Counted from the whole stretch's first letter, positions 1 through 11,618 are shown. The stretch is 63,436 nucleotides of DNA, filler included, from Vezdaea acicularis (GCA_026025075.1; 7 parts of 7 records of this genome joined end to end with filler, not necessarily neighbours in it); one strand, 5' to 3'. A program made the numbers and translations. Notes: generated by a model from the sequence alone, not told the origin.

Positions 1-1838
1 GTCCTCCGCCCGTTCTCCTCATTGAGGGGCATCTTTTTCTGAGCGTCTCACGGCTCGAGATCGAACGCGCGCCCGGATCTCGCCCTCGAATGTTTTAGGT
101 TTCGCTCAATGGTCTGAGGATGCTTCCCAATCAGGCACGGCGGTCGTCCAGATTGCACATCGATCCTTCGCACGGTCCACGGCTTGCCTCCAGCTCGGGA
201 GGGGAGAAGACGATCAGGGTGTCTAGAGTTTGCGCATGTAGGGGCCCCGTACCGTGGATGGGCGCTCAGTAAGGTTTCAGGCACATATCCGAGAGGCTCG
301 GTAGATGTCAGGAGCAATATAAAGGATACAGGAATGAGGAAGTGCCCAAGGGTCGAGCGGTGGTGCAAAAGCTAAACTCCGGCAAAAAGCAGTTGGTGGT
401 GATGAGGAGGAGGTCGTAGCTCGGTCAGGAGGTAGGTACGTGGGCACGCGTGTGTGGGGTTTCTTTCTTGCTTGCTACTCTGGCCAGCCAGCCGAGAGGG
501 CCCATCAGGGGTCGGGCGGTTCCTGGCAGCTTTCGCGACGAATCAAAAGCAAAACAGGCACGACAGGCACGATTGCGACGAAAGCCACGCCCGCAAATAT
601 AGCCAGCAGCCAGCCGCGACCGTGATTGGATGGGGAATTATTGATTTCGCATTGATTTTTTCCTTCTGGAAGAGCCCGCGATCGATCTCTCGTCGGATGG
701 GGGGGAAAACGCACGACGAGAACAACTTCGCCCGATGACCCGTCCATCTCCGTCCATCCCCTCCGGCCCTTAAGAGGTTAAGAAGGTAAAGGAGGAGGGG
801 GACGAAGAGAAAGATAGAGAGAGAGGGGGTGTTACACACAGCGCCCAAACTCGCCGGGATCCCTCTACCAGCCCCAAACGCACCAGAAACCATTTAGAGT
901 TTTTATTCATCGCGATCTCCGATTTCTTGCTCACACCACACAGTTTCACTCGTCCGACCGAACAAATGCATTGCCCCGTCTCGACCCATTCACACCCCGC
1001 GCTGCTACACCCTCAATCCCCCATCCCCCATCCCGCCAAGCAATACTGTCTATATACCCGTGCCAACCCCTCTCACGATATCCCAATTTACCCGTAAGCT
1101 CCGAGCTGACCGCCCCCACCCCCAAAGGCCCGCGCCCCTCGCCGCAGTAGCACGCATGTTTCAAGTTCGCAGCACCGGAGAGGTCAGGGCAGAGGCGAAA
1201 GGACGAAAGAACCACCACGACGAGAACACGTGCTCGCCCCCCATCTATCCATCCAACCAGCAAGTGGTGACTATTCCATCATCGCACCATTTAGCATACA
1301 CGAATCAGTATTCTGCGTTTATTGATCAGATGTAGAAAAATTGGCAATGCAGCAGCTAAGCGTGCCCTCGTGACCGTACAAGCACCCGACCAGCTTTCTA
1401 CTGCTGCCCGCGCTTACCCTCGCGCCCCGCGCGGCTATGGATGCGGAGTTGGGAGGAATAAGAGTATTATAGCAAGCATGGCATAGCATACCCAAGCACC
1501 AGAAACCGAGAGGGACACATTGCGAGAGACGGGACAGGTAGATAGACTAAAGCGCACAGAAAGGGATAGAACTTGGGACATGCTGAAGCGAAGGAACAAT
1601 TTAAATGAGAAAAAAAAACATTAACGATGATGGTGAGAACAACATGGTATCATACAACCCGATCCAATCCTTCCGCTTACAAGGCAGTCCTGCAAAACAA
1701 AACATAAAAGAAAACTCCGGGATAGTTGTACAGATCACGGAAACGCCGGATTAGAACCAGAACAGAAGAGAGAATCAGAGAGACGAAGAAGACCCCCATC
1801 AACAAATACAACAGCCCCCTCCTGACCTATCTATCCCC

Positions 1839-4800
1839 CTACAGAAACTTCAACGCGAGCCCGGACCCCGCCTCCCCATTCACACCCCCCAGACTATTTC
1901 CCCTCCTCCTCGCCCTTAACTCCTCCGCATCCCAATCCACCGCCGCAGGCGGCATGGGATCGACACCCGGATACGGCGTGCGTGGATTTTGGTGGTGGTT
2001 GTGGGGGTGGTGATGAAGCTTAAACTCCTGGCGCTCGAAGCGCTCGACGATTTCGCGGCGGTGGCGCTGAGCCTGTTCTTCGTCGGCGAGCGTCGACTGC
2101 TGCGCGGGGTTGAGGGAGGAGGTGGGTTCGGGGTCACGCTCGCCGAGGAGGACGAGGCCGTTGGCGGTGGAGAAGCCGGGGCCGGACGAGGAGCGTTGCA
2201 TGTCGCCGTCGGATCCCAAGGGTGGGGTGGAGATAGTGGTAGTGGGCTTTTCGGGAGCGGACCAGCCGCCGATGCTGTTCAGGGCGTGGCTTGGTCTGCT
2301 CGTGGATTTGTTGCTGGTGAGTGGCGGGGTATGTTTCGTGTCGCCGTTGCTCTCGCCGTCGCGGCTGGCTTGGGTGGGGTCCGTGGGGCGGAGGTACGGT
2401 GAGATGAGCGGTCGTTCGCGGGCGGGCTCGGAGTCGACGACGGAGGTTTCGGATTGGTGGGAGACGTCCCGGGATAAGGGCTGCGAGGTGTAGCCTGTGA
2501 AGGTCCCGGGGCGAGCGTAGTTCGCGGTGAGACCATAAGAGGGCAGGGTTTTCTTGCGAGAGGCAAGTTGATAATTCTCGTCTTGACCATCGGGAGAGCG
2601 TCTCTGCTGCTGTGATGGCGGCGCTGGAGGCGGTATCTCTTCAAAGCGGAGTGGCGCTCTGTTTGGGCCTTTTAGATTCTGGGAAATACGGTAAGGTGTT
2701 CTCGCAGTGGCCATGGGCAACGAGAGCTCTGGGATGTTAGAGTCTGACGCGTGTAGCTGGTTGCTGTACCTCAGCCCGGGTGAAGAGTTCGAGGTTCCTG
2801 GGCGGTTCTCCGCATCAGTCCTTGGAGAGCCAAGTGGTGAGGGCCCAAGCTGTTTGCGGAGACTTGAATCGGAGAGGTCGTGCGATGATGGTAACGCGGC
2901 TTGTTCGGAGTCGGAATCGCTTGTAGTTGGCGAAGTGGCCACCTCCTCTTCCCGGGCCCTCTTGAGGAAGGCGGCACGGAAGACGTCGAGGGCAAAAGAC
3001 GTGCGGGATTGGCTGGACGGCCGCCGGTCTTTCGTCGAGCCATTCTGCCCAAGCTTGGGGGATCGTGCGTTTTGAGCAGCAGCTAAAGACGCTTCAGCCT
3101 CCGATCTTGCCGTTATCTCGCTGCTGGTGGAGGGTTTATTACCGATTATATCAGCATTGGCAACTACCCGCGCGAGCCCAATTCCTGGGGCGACTCTAGG
3201 GAAAGTGTGGATCCACGATGGTGGCATTTGATCCCTTCGAATTTTCCGGTTCTGGACAGTTCGATGTTTATCCGGTTCTTGTTCTCTAAGCTTAGTAGTC
3301 AATGGTTCGGTGCGACTCTTCTCATCAAGGAGAAGAGAACCGGGATTCGGCGGAGCTCTTGAAGTTGATCGTGGCGAGGGTGTCTTCATGTTGACTCTCC
3401 CGGGTATGTCATCATCGGTCATGTAGCCAGATTCGTCGATCACGTCAAGGTTTCCATATCTGTCCAGAAATCCGCTGTTGCTCATCTTAGACATCGGCGA
3501 GTCCGTCCCAATGCTCGCGGGCGATTCGAGGTGCATGCGATCGTGGTCTATGAGCATTGTAGTATATGTTGGAATGATTGACAAGGCCGACAGTTCTGGG
3601 GTCTCAGGGCCAGTTTCAGGACCGGTACTGGATGTGCTGCTGCCTCGATCAAAGATCGATGAGCCAGCAGCAATTGCCTCTTGCGATACATTCGGTGTCC
3701 TCTTCTGGATCTCCTCTCCGATGGCGTTCAGCGTCTTCTGTAGGCTTGCCCGTACTTCGAGTAATCTCTCATTCCCTTTCCTTGGAGCATAGTGATCCAG
3801 ATGGTCCATCAATTGCTTCCCATTGACCTCGTACTGACGGTAATCCGAGACAAGGCCCGTCTTAACGTTAGCTTTGATCTTATTGTTAGCCTCGTAGTAT
3901 GACCTTTGGAAGACTTTGACGGCCAGTTCCAGCCAGAAGACCAGATCATCGACACTTCTCAGATCGTCGATGCAGAACGCCTGGACCACGCTATGCACTT
4001 TCAACATGTCAATCGTACCGACTGTACCAGTCATACTGCCACGCTCCTTCTCAGATATAAACGGGTCCGGCTCAGTGTTCCTGTCGACCAGAGCATACCT
4101 CAGCAGAGTGCTGATGGTGGCCGAAAGATCCGGCTCGCTATCATTGTCGCGAGCTTCCGTAATCTCGATACCTCGCTTAGCAAAAGCTTTAGTGCCAAAG
4201 TGGACCATTTCGTATGGTATGTGCCTCGCGAAGAAACAAAGGACGTTGATCAGATCGCGGGCTGGCTTATGGCCATAGGTTATGATGTCCTCAAAAATGT
4301 CCCTATACGTGTCTTTGATCTTTTTGTCTGGCGAGGACTTGAAATGATAACGTAATATCGAGTCGGCTAGCCCCAAGGTCTTGATATGTCGGCCTTTGGC
4401 GTGTATCCACAGAGGAAGACATTCAGTCCTTCTCACAATCTCCAAAGCTTTTTGCTTCTCTTCCTCCCCTGGATGCCTTACCTTGAGCTCCTCAAAAAGC
4501 ATCTTCACCGCCTCAGCCTCATCCAGAGGTTTAATCTGGATTGCTTTTGGATAAAGCAAGCGCTTGCTTCCCTCTAGGTTACGGTTGACCGACGTGAGAA
4601 TGATGGCGCTGTCACTACTCGACGGTATGAACTTTTCCATGTCCGTGAGCTGGTCATCGTAATCGATCGTGAGACCATCAAACACCAGGAGCCATCCATG
4701 TCTCTCTTCGAACCAATCTTTGATCGCTTTCACGAAATCGGCTTTCTCTGCCTCGTCGTGGAGCGTACGGGGATTCTGGAGGGAATTCAGCGCCGATTTC

Positions 4801-6932
4801 TCGGCAATGTTCCAAAACCCTTCCCAGATTTCCGCTTTCGACGATGCTTGAACCCAGAAGACTCCTCCGGGAAACTTGTGGCGGTTGCCAAAGACATATT
4901 GACGGGCGAGATAGGACTTACCACCCCCAGGGAGACACCACAGAAGCACGCAGGCAGAACGTGTTGCCCGAACCGTCTTGTTGAACAGATATGAATCAAG
5001 CTTCTTGAGCTCTTTTTTCATGCCAAAGAACACGTTATTCTCTATGAACCCCTGCGGCACCGCCCACGGAGGTGCTTTGGAATCTGTTGCAGATGGCTCG
5101 ATATCTGCTACAGTCTCGGCTGGCGTCACGCTCACGCGCGACGAATTCTGCTCGGGTTCTGGAAGTGCAAGCGACGATTTTGATTTTTCTACATAATGAA
5201 ACCAAAAGTCAGCCAAATCTGACTCGAGATAAAATTGCTGAGATAGCAGTCATCAAGCATTTTCGTATAAAAGAGAGAAATGGTTCGGAACGGAAAGCCA
5301 TGATATAGATCTTTTTGCAAAGTGGAAAAACGCTAAGCAATGACTTTGTCCCGATCATCTTCTATCTCCTCGATTTCGAATGGTTCTTGAGACCGAGTGC
5401 GGAAAGGATTGCCGTCGTTACGCAACCTACCATACGTTCCCGTCGAATCCCTATCAGACGCATCTCCCACAGGGACACCTTCTATCTGCCTTGGTTTAGG
5501 CGAATCGACGTGATTCCCACTATTCACATCATCGCGTCGATAGTTCGAATATTCGGAGTTGTCTAATCTGTCTAGGGGAGTCATTACATCAGCCGTCTGC
5601 ATTCCACTAGAAAGTGAACATCTCCAACGGATCACATACCACCACCATATGCATTCATGGCATTATTATCCCGCCTACGCTTCCTTTCGTTTAGCTCCTG
5701 GCGCCAGTAATTTCTAACCTTGGGCCCAGCCGCTTTAGCATATGTTTTGATGGTTCCCGCGACGAGTTCAAACCCCGGAGAGATATCAGAGGCGAATTTG
5801 CACATGCCGGTGTGATTTGCCTCGATACCGGCGTAGAGGCAGCCGGGCAGGATCGTGCCCGCAGAGTCCTCATCCACAACCTGCCCGTATAATTAGCGAA
5901 ATGATTCAAGGAAATCCGCGTAATGCCGATGACCTACAAATGCCATGCCGACTTTCCAGATATCAGTCTTCAAGTTCTCGTGAAATAGATACATCGAGAA
6001 TCGCTCCATGTAGTTTCGGAAGTCAAGGTTGATGTTGAGAAGAGTCTCGGAATTGGAAGCTAATGTATTCAGGAGGTTGTGATCAGTGTCGAGGATTTTC
6101 TTTGGCATGACAGCGCTAGCCACTCTTTGCAGAAGCAGCCCGAATTCCGCCTTTTTGGCGCCATTGTGTGGCGTGCCTAGAAAGAGAATGCCGGAGGTGG
6201 AGACGAAAACGGAACGCTCGTCTTCGAGAGAAAGCGCGGTAAGGCTTGCAGAATAATTGAGAGCCTGCGAAAGAGTTAGATCGATAGCAGTGTTGCGCTT
6301 GGGGCTGAAACTGACCCTTTTGATTAGGATACCCCCCAGCGAATGGCCAATCCAGATGATTGGTCGATCGGGGCAGTCCCTCAGCTATTAGGCAAATCAG
6401 AGATGAGTGGACTTTCTTGACGATGGGATCCAGATGACTTCACACGTACGGTTCGATTTGCATTCACCGCGCCCACCAACGTCTCGGCATGTTGGTGGAT
6501 CATGTCCGATGTCGCCTGCTTCTCCCCTCCAAAGGCGACGACGTTGGCGTTGTAGCCGTACACCAGAATCCTCACCTTCGTGGTTCCCATGATCTCTGGG
6601 AGAAGCTCCGCGGGCCAGAAGACGCCATTCTCCGCGGTCCACGTCTCGCGCGGATGTCCACCAAGGCCATGGCACAGGATGATACTGCACGATCGATTAG
6701 CACCCTGACCGCCATCAAATCCGCGCCCGTCACACTCACTCGGCGATCGCGTCCTTATCCTTGTGCACCTCGGTCAGGCCTATGTCCCTGATCTCCAGTC
6801 CCGCCTTCGTCTTCGAAGTCTGGCGGGGAAGTTAGCGACCGTCGTTGCCGTAAGGCGACACGAGTTTTGCGGGGTTCGAGGGGACAAGGCAAAAAAAGGG
6901 TGGCCAGTAACTTGAACTTGCAGACTTACCAT
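1839..6932 (-). CDS. NLR-like protein: N-terminal SesB/PGAP1/DUF676-type alpha/beta-hydrolase, NB-ARC domain, long disordered C-terminus ('LipA and NB-ARC domain protein' type)
   Basis: Exons read from splice signals: 6932-6930 (ATG only), 6819-6740, 6684-6450, 6384-6316, 6264-5938, 5880-5640, then 5571-5431 and/or directly 5188-1839. Hydrolase motifs IILCHGLGGHP..TW..FWP..LLP, RILVYGYNA, nucleophile elbow GHSLGG, LFLGTPH, FHE, ANHTGMCKF. NB-ARC: Walker A-like CLPGGGKS, Walker B WLLVFDGL, IILTS, CLPLWI, VHSVVQ at the MHD position. Confidence 0.85.
5333..5571 (-). CDS. Possible alternative terminal exon ending a short hydrolase-only isoform (…EPFEIEEIEDDRDKVIA*)
   Basis: A 68-nt intron 5639-5572 (GTATGT…CTGAT…CCCCTAG) joins in frame to an open frame ending in TAG at 5335-5333. 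Confidence 0.55.
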
Positions 6933-7371
6933 GGCTGGTCCTCTGCGGAATCGCAGAACTCGAGGTTCGAGGATCGCCGCTACTGCTAGACCGATAACTT
7001 TATCTCTTATATGCCTCTTGATTCGGCCGGCGCGCAAGCTGCTGTTTTGATTGTGTATGAACGACCGTGCGGCGCCAGGACGGCCGAGGAGTAATAGTGT
7101 CGGCTGCGGCTCCGAGACGAGATGGTAAGATGATCTGTGCACGCTCGGGGTGTCTCTCCTCGGCGAGACCTGCCGACTCCCAACGCTTCCTCTTATGAAG
7201 AGTGATGAGGGCGATCTAAAAGGGCCGTATGCTCTCCCGACCGAGCCCCAGGGTTGTTAACCCCGCCGCACTGTCCGGGGAATGCAGTCACTAGTAAGTG
7301 ACTGTTTGAGGCCCGCTAGGGTTATGGTCTCACACAGGACGGCGCGGGGTTTGCCCTCAAGGGTGTCAGCC

Positions 7372-7373
<2 letters not shown>

Positions 7374-7408
<35 letters not shown>
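7374..7408. repeat. Poly-C tract (35 nt)
   Basis: Uninterrupted C run read directly. Confidence 0.95.
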
Positions 7409-7409
<1 letters not shown>

Positions 7410-7571
7410 CCAACGGTGTGCCTGGGACGCCTGGTCTACTATTAGGCCACAAAAGACGGCCGTCATTCATGCGCACTGTGATATTGTCATACACATTCCG
7501 TGCTTCCCCCGGTCACGATGCTCAATCAATCACCATCCTGATCAGGCCCCCTCCCAATCTATTCATATCCA

Positions 7572-7799
7572 GCGTTGGTCGTAAAGGGGGCGACGAGGAA
7601 CAAGACGGTGCGGCTGTGCGACAAGGACATCCTGCGGGAGCTGCTGCGCCGGGCCGAAAATGGATCCCGGGACGGGGGAGACGGCGCAAGTCAGCCGAAG
7701 AGGCAACTCCCCAGCCTTACGCAACCACGACCAATGATCATCTGCCCTCCTCCATCACCCTACTCCTCTTCTTTCATCCGACCAGGCTGCTTCCTCTAA
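7572..7799 (+). CDS. Possible small coding exon or gene fragment (VVKGATRNKTVRLCDKDILRELLRRAENG…)
   Basis: Strong G/C bias at third codon positions in one frame, preceded by a pyrimidine-rich CAG. No start codon or family recognised. Confidence 0.25.
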   Translation, partial: ALVVKGATRNKTVRLCDKDILRELLRRAENGSRDGGDGASQPKRQLPSLTQPRPMIICPPPSPYSSSFIRPGCFL

Positions 7800-8004
7800 G
7801 ATGGAGGCCCGCGAGGCCGTACGCGTATACTTACCAGCTTCACATGAAAGGTCGTCGTCATCACTGTTGGATTACTGTGGTCTATGTGACGGCCAACATC
7901 TTCGAAGTTCGTTCGAGATATTACCAAACGCTCGCGTGCTCTGGACCTCGAGCCTTACATCTTACTTTGCCGCCTGAGGGCTTTAGAGTTTGCGGCGTCA
8001 ACAC

Positions 8005-8259
8005 CGAGGCGGTGTTCAAAAGTCTCGCATACGCACACAGGCGAAGCGAGGTCACCCTTCTAAAATCGGACGATGTTAAGGAGAGTAGAGCGGCGCCATA
8101 ATTAATCAAATCTTCTTGTGATTTACAGTATACATTGGGGAGCAGTTGCAGTGTACAAATGCAGAGTTCTGGAGAATTTCGGCCATTTTTTGGTGCTTCA
8201 ATAGGGTTCCGCAGGCGGCCGATTACTTTGCGTATGCGAGACTTTTGAACACCGCCTCG
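8005..8259. mobile_element. MITE (non-autonomous TIR transposon), 255 bp
   Basis: Perfect 31-bp inverted repeats CGAGGCGGTGTTCAAAAGTCTCGCATACGCA (8005-8035) and its reverse complement (8229-8259). Flanked by the direct repeat CAC (8002-8004 and 8260-8262). No internal transposase frame. Confidence 0.8.
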
Positions 8260-9943
8260 CACCCTTCTGGCCAAGTGTTCTGCTTGGCGTCTTTTCTATT
8301 TTTCCGTTCAGCATGTTATACAGCCATGATTTCTCTGTCCTTCCACATGGCTGCCTTCTGTTGCAAGGCGGCTCCTGACCTTTTCTTCCTGGTAGAGTCG
8401 CCCTGTCTGGCGACGTATACAAATCCCGCCGGAGCGCGATGACAATGAGAACATTTCGCAGTCACGCCCCGTCTAGCGAGGTCAATACTAATGTACCGAT
8501 GTATGCCCTATTACCACAACCGGGCTTTCGTCGCTCGACATGCTGGCCGCGATGTTTATCGCTCGACTCGCAAACATCGTATATGCTCCTGCGCCTCCTC
8601 TCGTCTCATCCCTCTGAATTCGAGGGCGTTAAACAGCTATCTAATCATCACCTACTCATACATCTGGGGCGGTAGGAGGGTTTGTTTAGGCAAACAATCA
8701 TCTTCGAGTCCAAGGAGTCGTTTACGAGGCGAATCTCGAGCAAACACAGATAAAGACCTCGAAATGGTTCGGTACGAAGACCCAAAGTATTGCACTCATC
8801 GTCTTTCCTACATTGCTCGTCACTTCGTCGTCGGGATGTCCTGAGACAGAGTCTGCCCTTCCTGAACGCAGAGTTTCTTCAGAGCCTCTGGTGGGCTTCC
8901 TTCATGCGTATTGAGTCATCCGCTTAGCATTTTTACCTTTCAATGCGAGGCCGAATGTCTAGAACAAGGCCGCGCATTCCGCCCTTCTTAAACGGCTGGT
9001 AAACCCTCAACACATCATTACATTTCTTCAATTCAGCGCAAGACCAACGGACGGTGCGTGCAATAATCCTCTCCCTTGATCTCTGCCCAAAATTCTGCAT
9101 AAAGCATCCCCTTCAGGTTCGTCGGGCTTTGCCATAGATGCCCAAATATGCCGGTCATCAAATACGATGGAATATTTATAATGTGGCTTGATGGCAGGAA
9201 GCATTCAATACCCCAGCCGTATTCTTTCTCATTTGAGAGCGTTATGCGGCTCTAGCGCTTCGACACCCTCGTGTCAGCCGCACGGAATGAGGCTTTTCAA
9301 ATGGCTTATCTTATCCGATCCCCATCCTCGAGATTCGCGAGCAGAATCTTGCTAAGAAATGGCACCCTTAGGGGTAGTTTGATGGCAGACGTCAGCAGAC
9401 GACTTATGTAGGACTATGAAGTTTAGGATCATACTACCACTCCTTCTCAAAACCCCCATGTTGTGAGCTCCACTCGTTCCATATCTGACAACAGTACCAA
9501 ACCAAAAAACAAGTGACCTTCCATATTGTAAACACAATCACATCTCCCATCAATGCATCACCAGGAACCCCCCAAAGCAACGACAGCCCCTATCCACACA
9601 ACATCCCGAAGCCTACACCTAATCCCACCCCCAATCCCCTAAATACAAAAAATCCAGCCACGAGCAATAGAAAAGCCTGACTTCTCCACAAGCTATGACG
9701 CAGCAGACCGCATGCCGTCAATCATCTGGCTGTCGAACAATTCATCTGCTGGGGAGGTTGGAATTTCATGGTGACCTATGTGCTGTGGTGGAGTGTTGCT
9801 GTAGCGGTAAGAAAGCGTGGTCTCACGATGCACCCAATAGATAGATGTGTTTGTAGCTTATCCTTCTTTTCTAAACCAAAAAATTGTTTATAAGATACAT
9901 CCACGCCATGCAATGCCCTGCCCTGCTCTGCTGCGCTACCACG

Positions 9944-10219
9944 CTACCCCCCCGCCCCGAGTAACAAGAGAGGCGCTACGTGTTTCGCGAGATTAAGCCC
10001 AAACAGCGACCCAAAGAAAAGGACGAGGAAGAGGGGGATAGGCAGGAGGAGGAACTCGGTGTGGTTCAGGAAGGGAAGGGCTGGTGAGTGAGGAAAGCTG
10101 TTAGTAGGGGATGTTGTAGCGGGGGGAGGTGGGGCGTACCGTTGTAGCCTAGAAAGGTGATGATGGCGTAGTAGCTGAGTGCGACTAGGTAGAGGGAGTT
10201 TCCTAGGAGGAGACAGATC
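9944..10219 (-). CDS. GMH1: UNC-50/Gmh1 family Golgi membrane protein, last two exons (5' part lost at contig end)
   Basis: Exons 10219-10140 and 10080-9944 give ICLLLGNSLYLVALSYYAIITFLGYN/ALPFLNHTEFLLLP…SLFGLNLAKH…*, matching the UNC-50 C-terminal FLGYNALPFL motif. Not in the ORF track. Confidence 0.85.
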   Translation of the reverse strand, partial: DLSPPRKLPLPSRTQLLRHHHLSRLQRYAPPPPATTSPTNSFPHSPALPFLNHTEFLLLPIPLFLVLFFGSLFGLNLAKHVAPLLLLGAGG

Positions 10220-10257
10220 CTGTGGTTGCGGGTTTAGGTTAGGTAGAGAGAAAGGAA

Positions 10258-10289
<32 letters not shown>

Positions 10290-10389
10290 NNNNNNNNNNN
10301 NNNNNNNNNNNNNNNNNNNNNNNNNNNNNNNNNTTAATTAATTAANNNNNNNNNNNNNNNNNNNNNNNNNNNNNNNNNNNNNNNNNNNN
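10290..10389. other. Artificial contig spacer
   Basis: N44-TTAATTAATTAA-N44, giving stops in all six frames. Flanked by G32 (10258-10289) and C32 (10390-10421). Confidence 0.99.
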
Positions 10390-10423
<34 letters not shown>

Positions 10424-11072
10424 CAGTCCAGAAAACACGTTCTGGAAGCCCTCCTATCTGTCGCCTTGGAAGCAACGCCGTCGCCGGATTCGCCGACGCT
10501 CCTCTGAGCGCTCGCGTGTCTCTACCATGGTAGCGGTACTTCCTCTCCACTGGCTGCCCTGCTGCAGCGACGCGCTCGCAGCCTTGTCCTTGGTACCGAT
10601 CGCCCAGGGCTATGGTTTCGCATGCAAGATCTCCCTGCTGATTGGCCGCCTCGTCCTTGATCGACGTCCGCCTTGGCCACGAGAGGTATATATTGCTCGT
10701 CTCTCCACGTGCTCCCTTCTCGACGGTCTTGCCTTTGAAACAGAAGGCAATCGGGCGTAATGCAGGGGCAGGACGGTGATGGTCGCCGGACCGTGCCTAG
10801 CGGTGAAAGCCTTAGAATAGCAACCCCCTCGGGCTTTTCTGCGAAGGCTGGGCGGAAGGCGCTTTGCATTTCTTCTATGAAAGGTCGCCCACGTCCTTTA
10901 GAGCTTACGTATGACTCGGGAGAGAGAGCTATGCTTGGGCGCCCCATTTCCATTTCCATTCCGTCAGTCAAGTCATAAAACCAAAAAATAGCTACGGACA
11001 ATAATACATAAATGAGAAACCTATCCATCCACGAGCCCAACTAAATCGCGACTTTGCCCCCCTTCTCCGCAG

Positions 11073-11618
11073 TCATCGCCCCCCTATCTTCTCCGCCCGC
11101 TTCCATTCAACGGCGTTATGGTTCGCGATCAGCTGCCCCATCTTCGCCTCGTCTCTCCCTGGGCCGGTATGCTCGCTCATCGGGAAGTTCTGGAGTTTGT
11201 ATTCGTGCACCATTACCGTATCTTTGTCGACTCTGGCTTGGCTCTTGTCTGTGCTCTTGCCTGTGCTCTTGCTTGTAGTCTTATCCGTATTCTGGCTCAT
11301 TATCTTGCCATCAGCTCTATCCACGCCGGCCTTATGCGTCTGAGCCGTTAGCACAACCAATCCATCCCTCTTCGCTACCGGGGGTGGGAGGCGTGTCGGT
11401 TGCACAAGGACGGGGAGGCTCGGGATTGCGGGGATGAGGACGGGACCGTCGACCGCGGGAGCAGGGGTGGGGAAGGTAGGGACGTGCTCGACTGCGAAGG
11501 AGGCGAGGAGCTCGGCGTGCTCGCGGGTGGGCATATTGACGAGGGGGGTGGGTGCGGCGAGGCAGTGGAGGTGGAGGAAGACTGTCATGAAGATGGATAG
11601 CCAGATGTTCTCCATCAT
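11073..11618 (-). CDS. Small secreted protein with signal peptide and dibasic KR sites
   Basis: Single-exon 181-aa ORF. N-terminus MMENIWLSIFMTVFLHLHCLA|APTP is a signal peptide followed by the common fungal A-P-x-P mature start. Pro-rich segment, VAKR|DG and EWKR|AE sites, TSKSTGKSTDKS repeat. Confidence 0.6.
   Translation of the reverse strand: MMENIWLSIFMTVFLHLHCLAAPTPLVNMPTREHAELLASFAVEHVPTFPTPAPAVDGPVLIPAIPSLPVLVQPTRLPPPVAKRDGLVVLTAQTHKAGVDRADGKIMSQNTDKTTSKSTGKSTDKSQARVDKDTVMVHEYKLQNFPMSEHTGPGRDEAKMGQLIANHNAVEWKRAEKIGGR

Noticed and set aside
5333..5571. Amyloid signalling motif (sigma, PP or HET-s type) at the end of the short hydrolase isoform
   Set aside because: The tail is charged (Asp/Glu/Arg-rich) and lacks the G/N/Q pseudo-repeats of those motifs.
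10334..10345. Repeated TTAATTAATTAA palindrome as a biological motif
   Set aside because: It is always centred in N44 blocks and is a synthetic six-frame-stop linker.
10422..11040. Minus-strand 172-aa ORF whose frame stays open after a TGG-TAG, as a third editing candidate
   Set aside because: No recognisable protein features or codon bias. Long open frames are common by chance in this GC-rich DNA.
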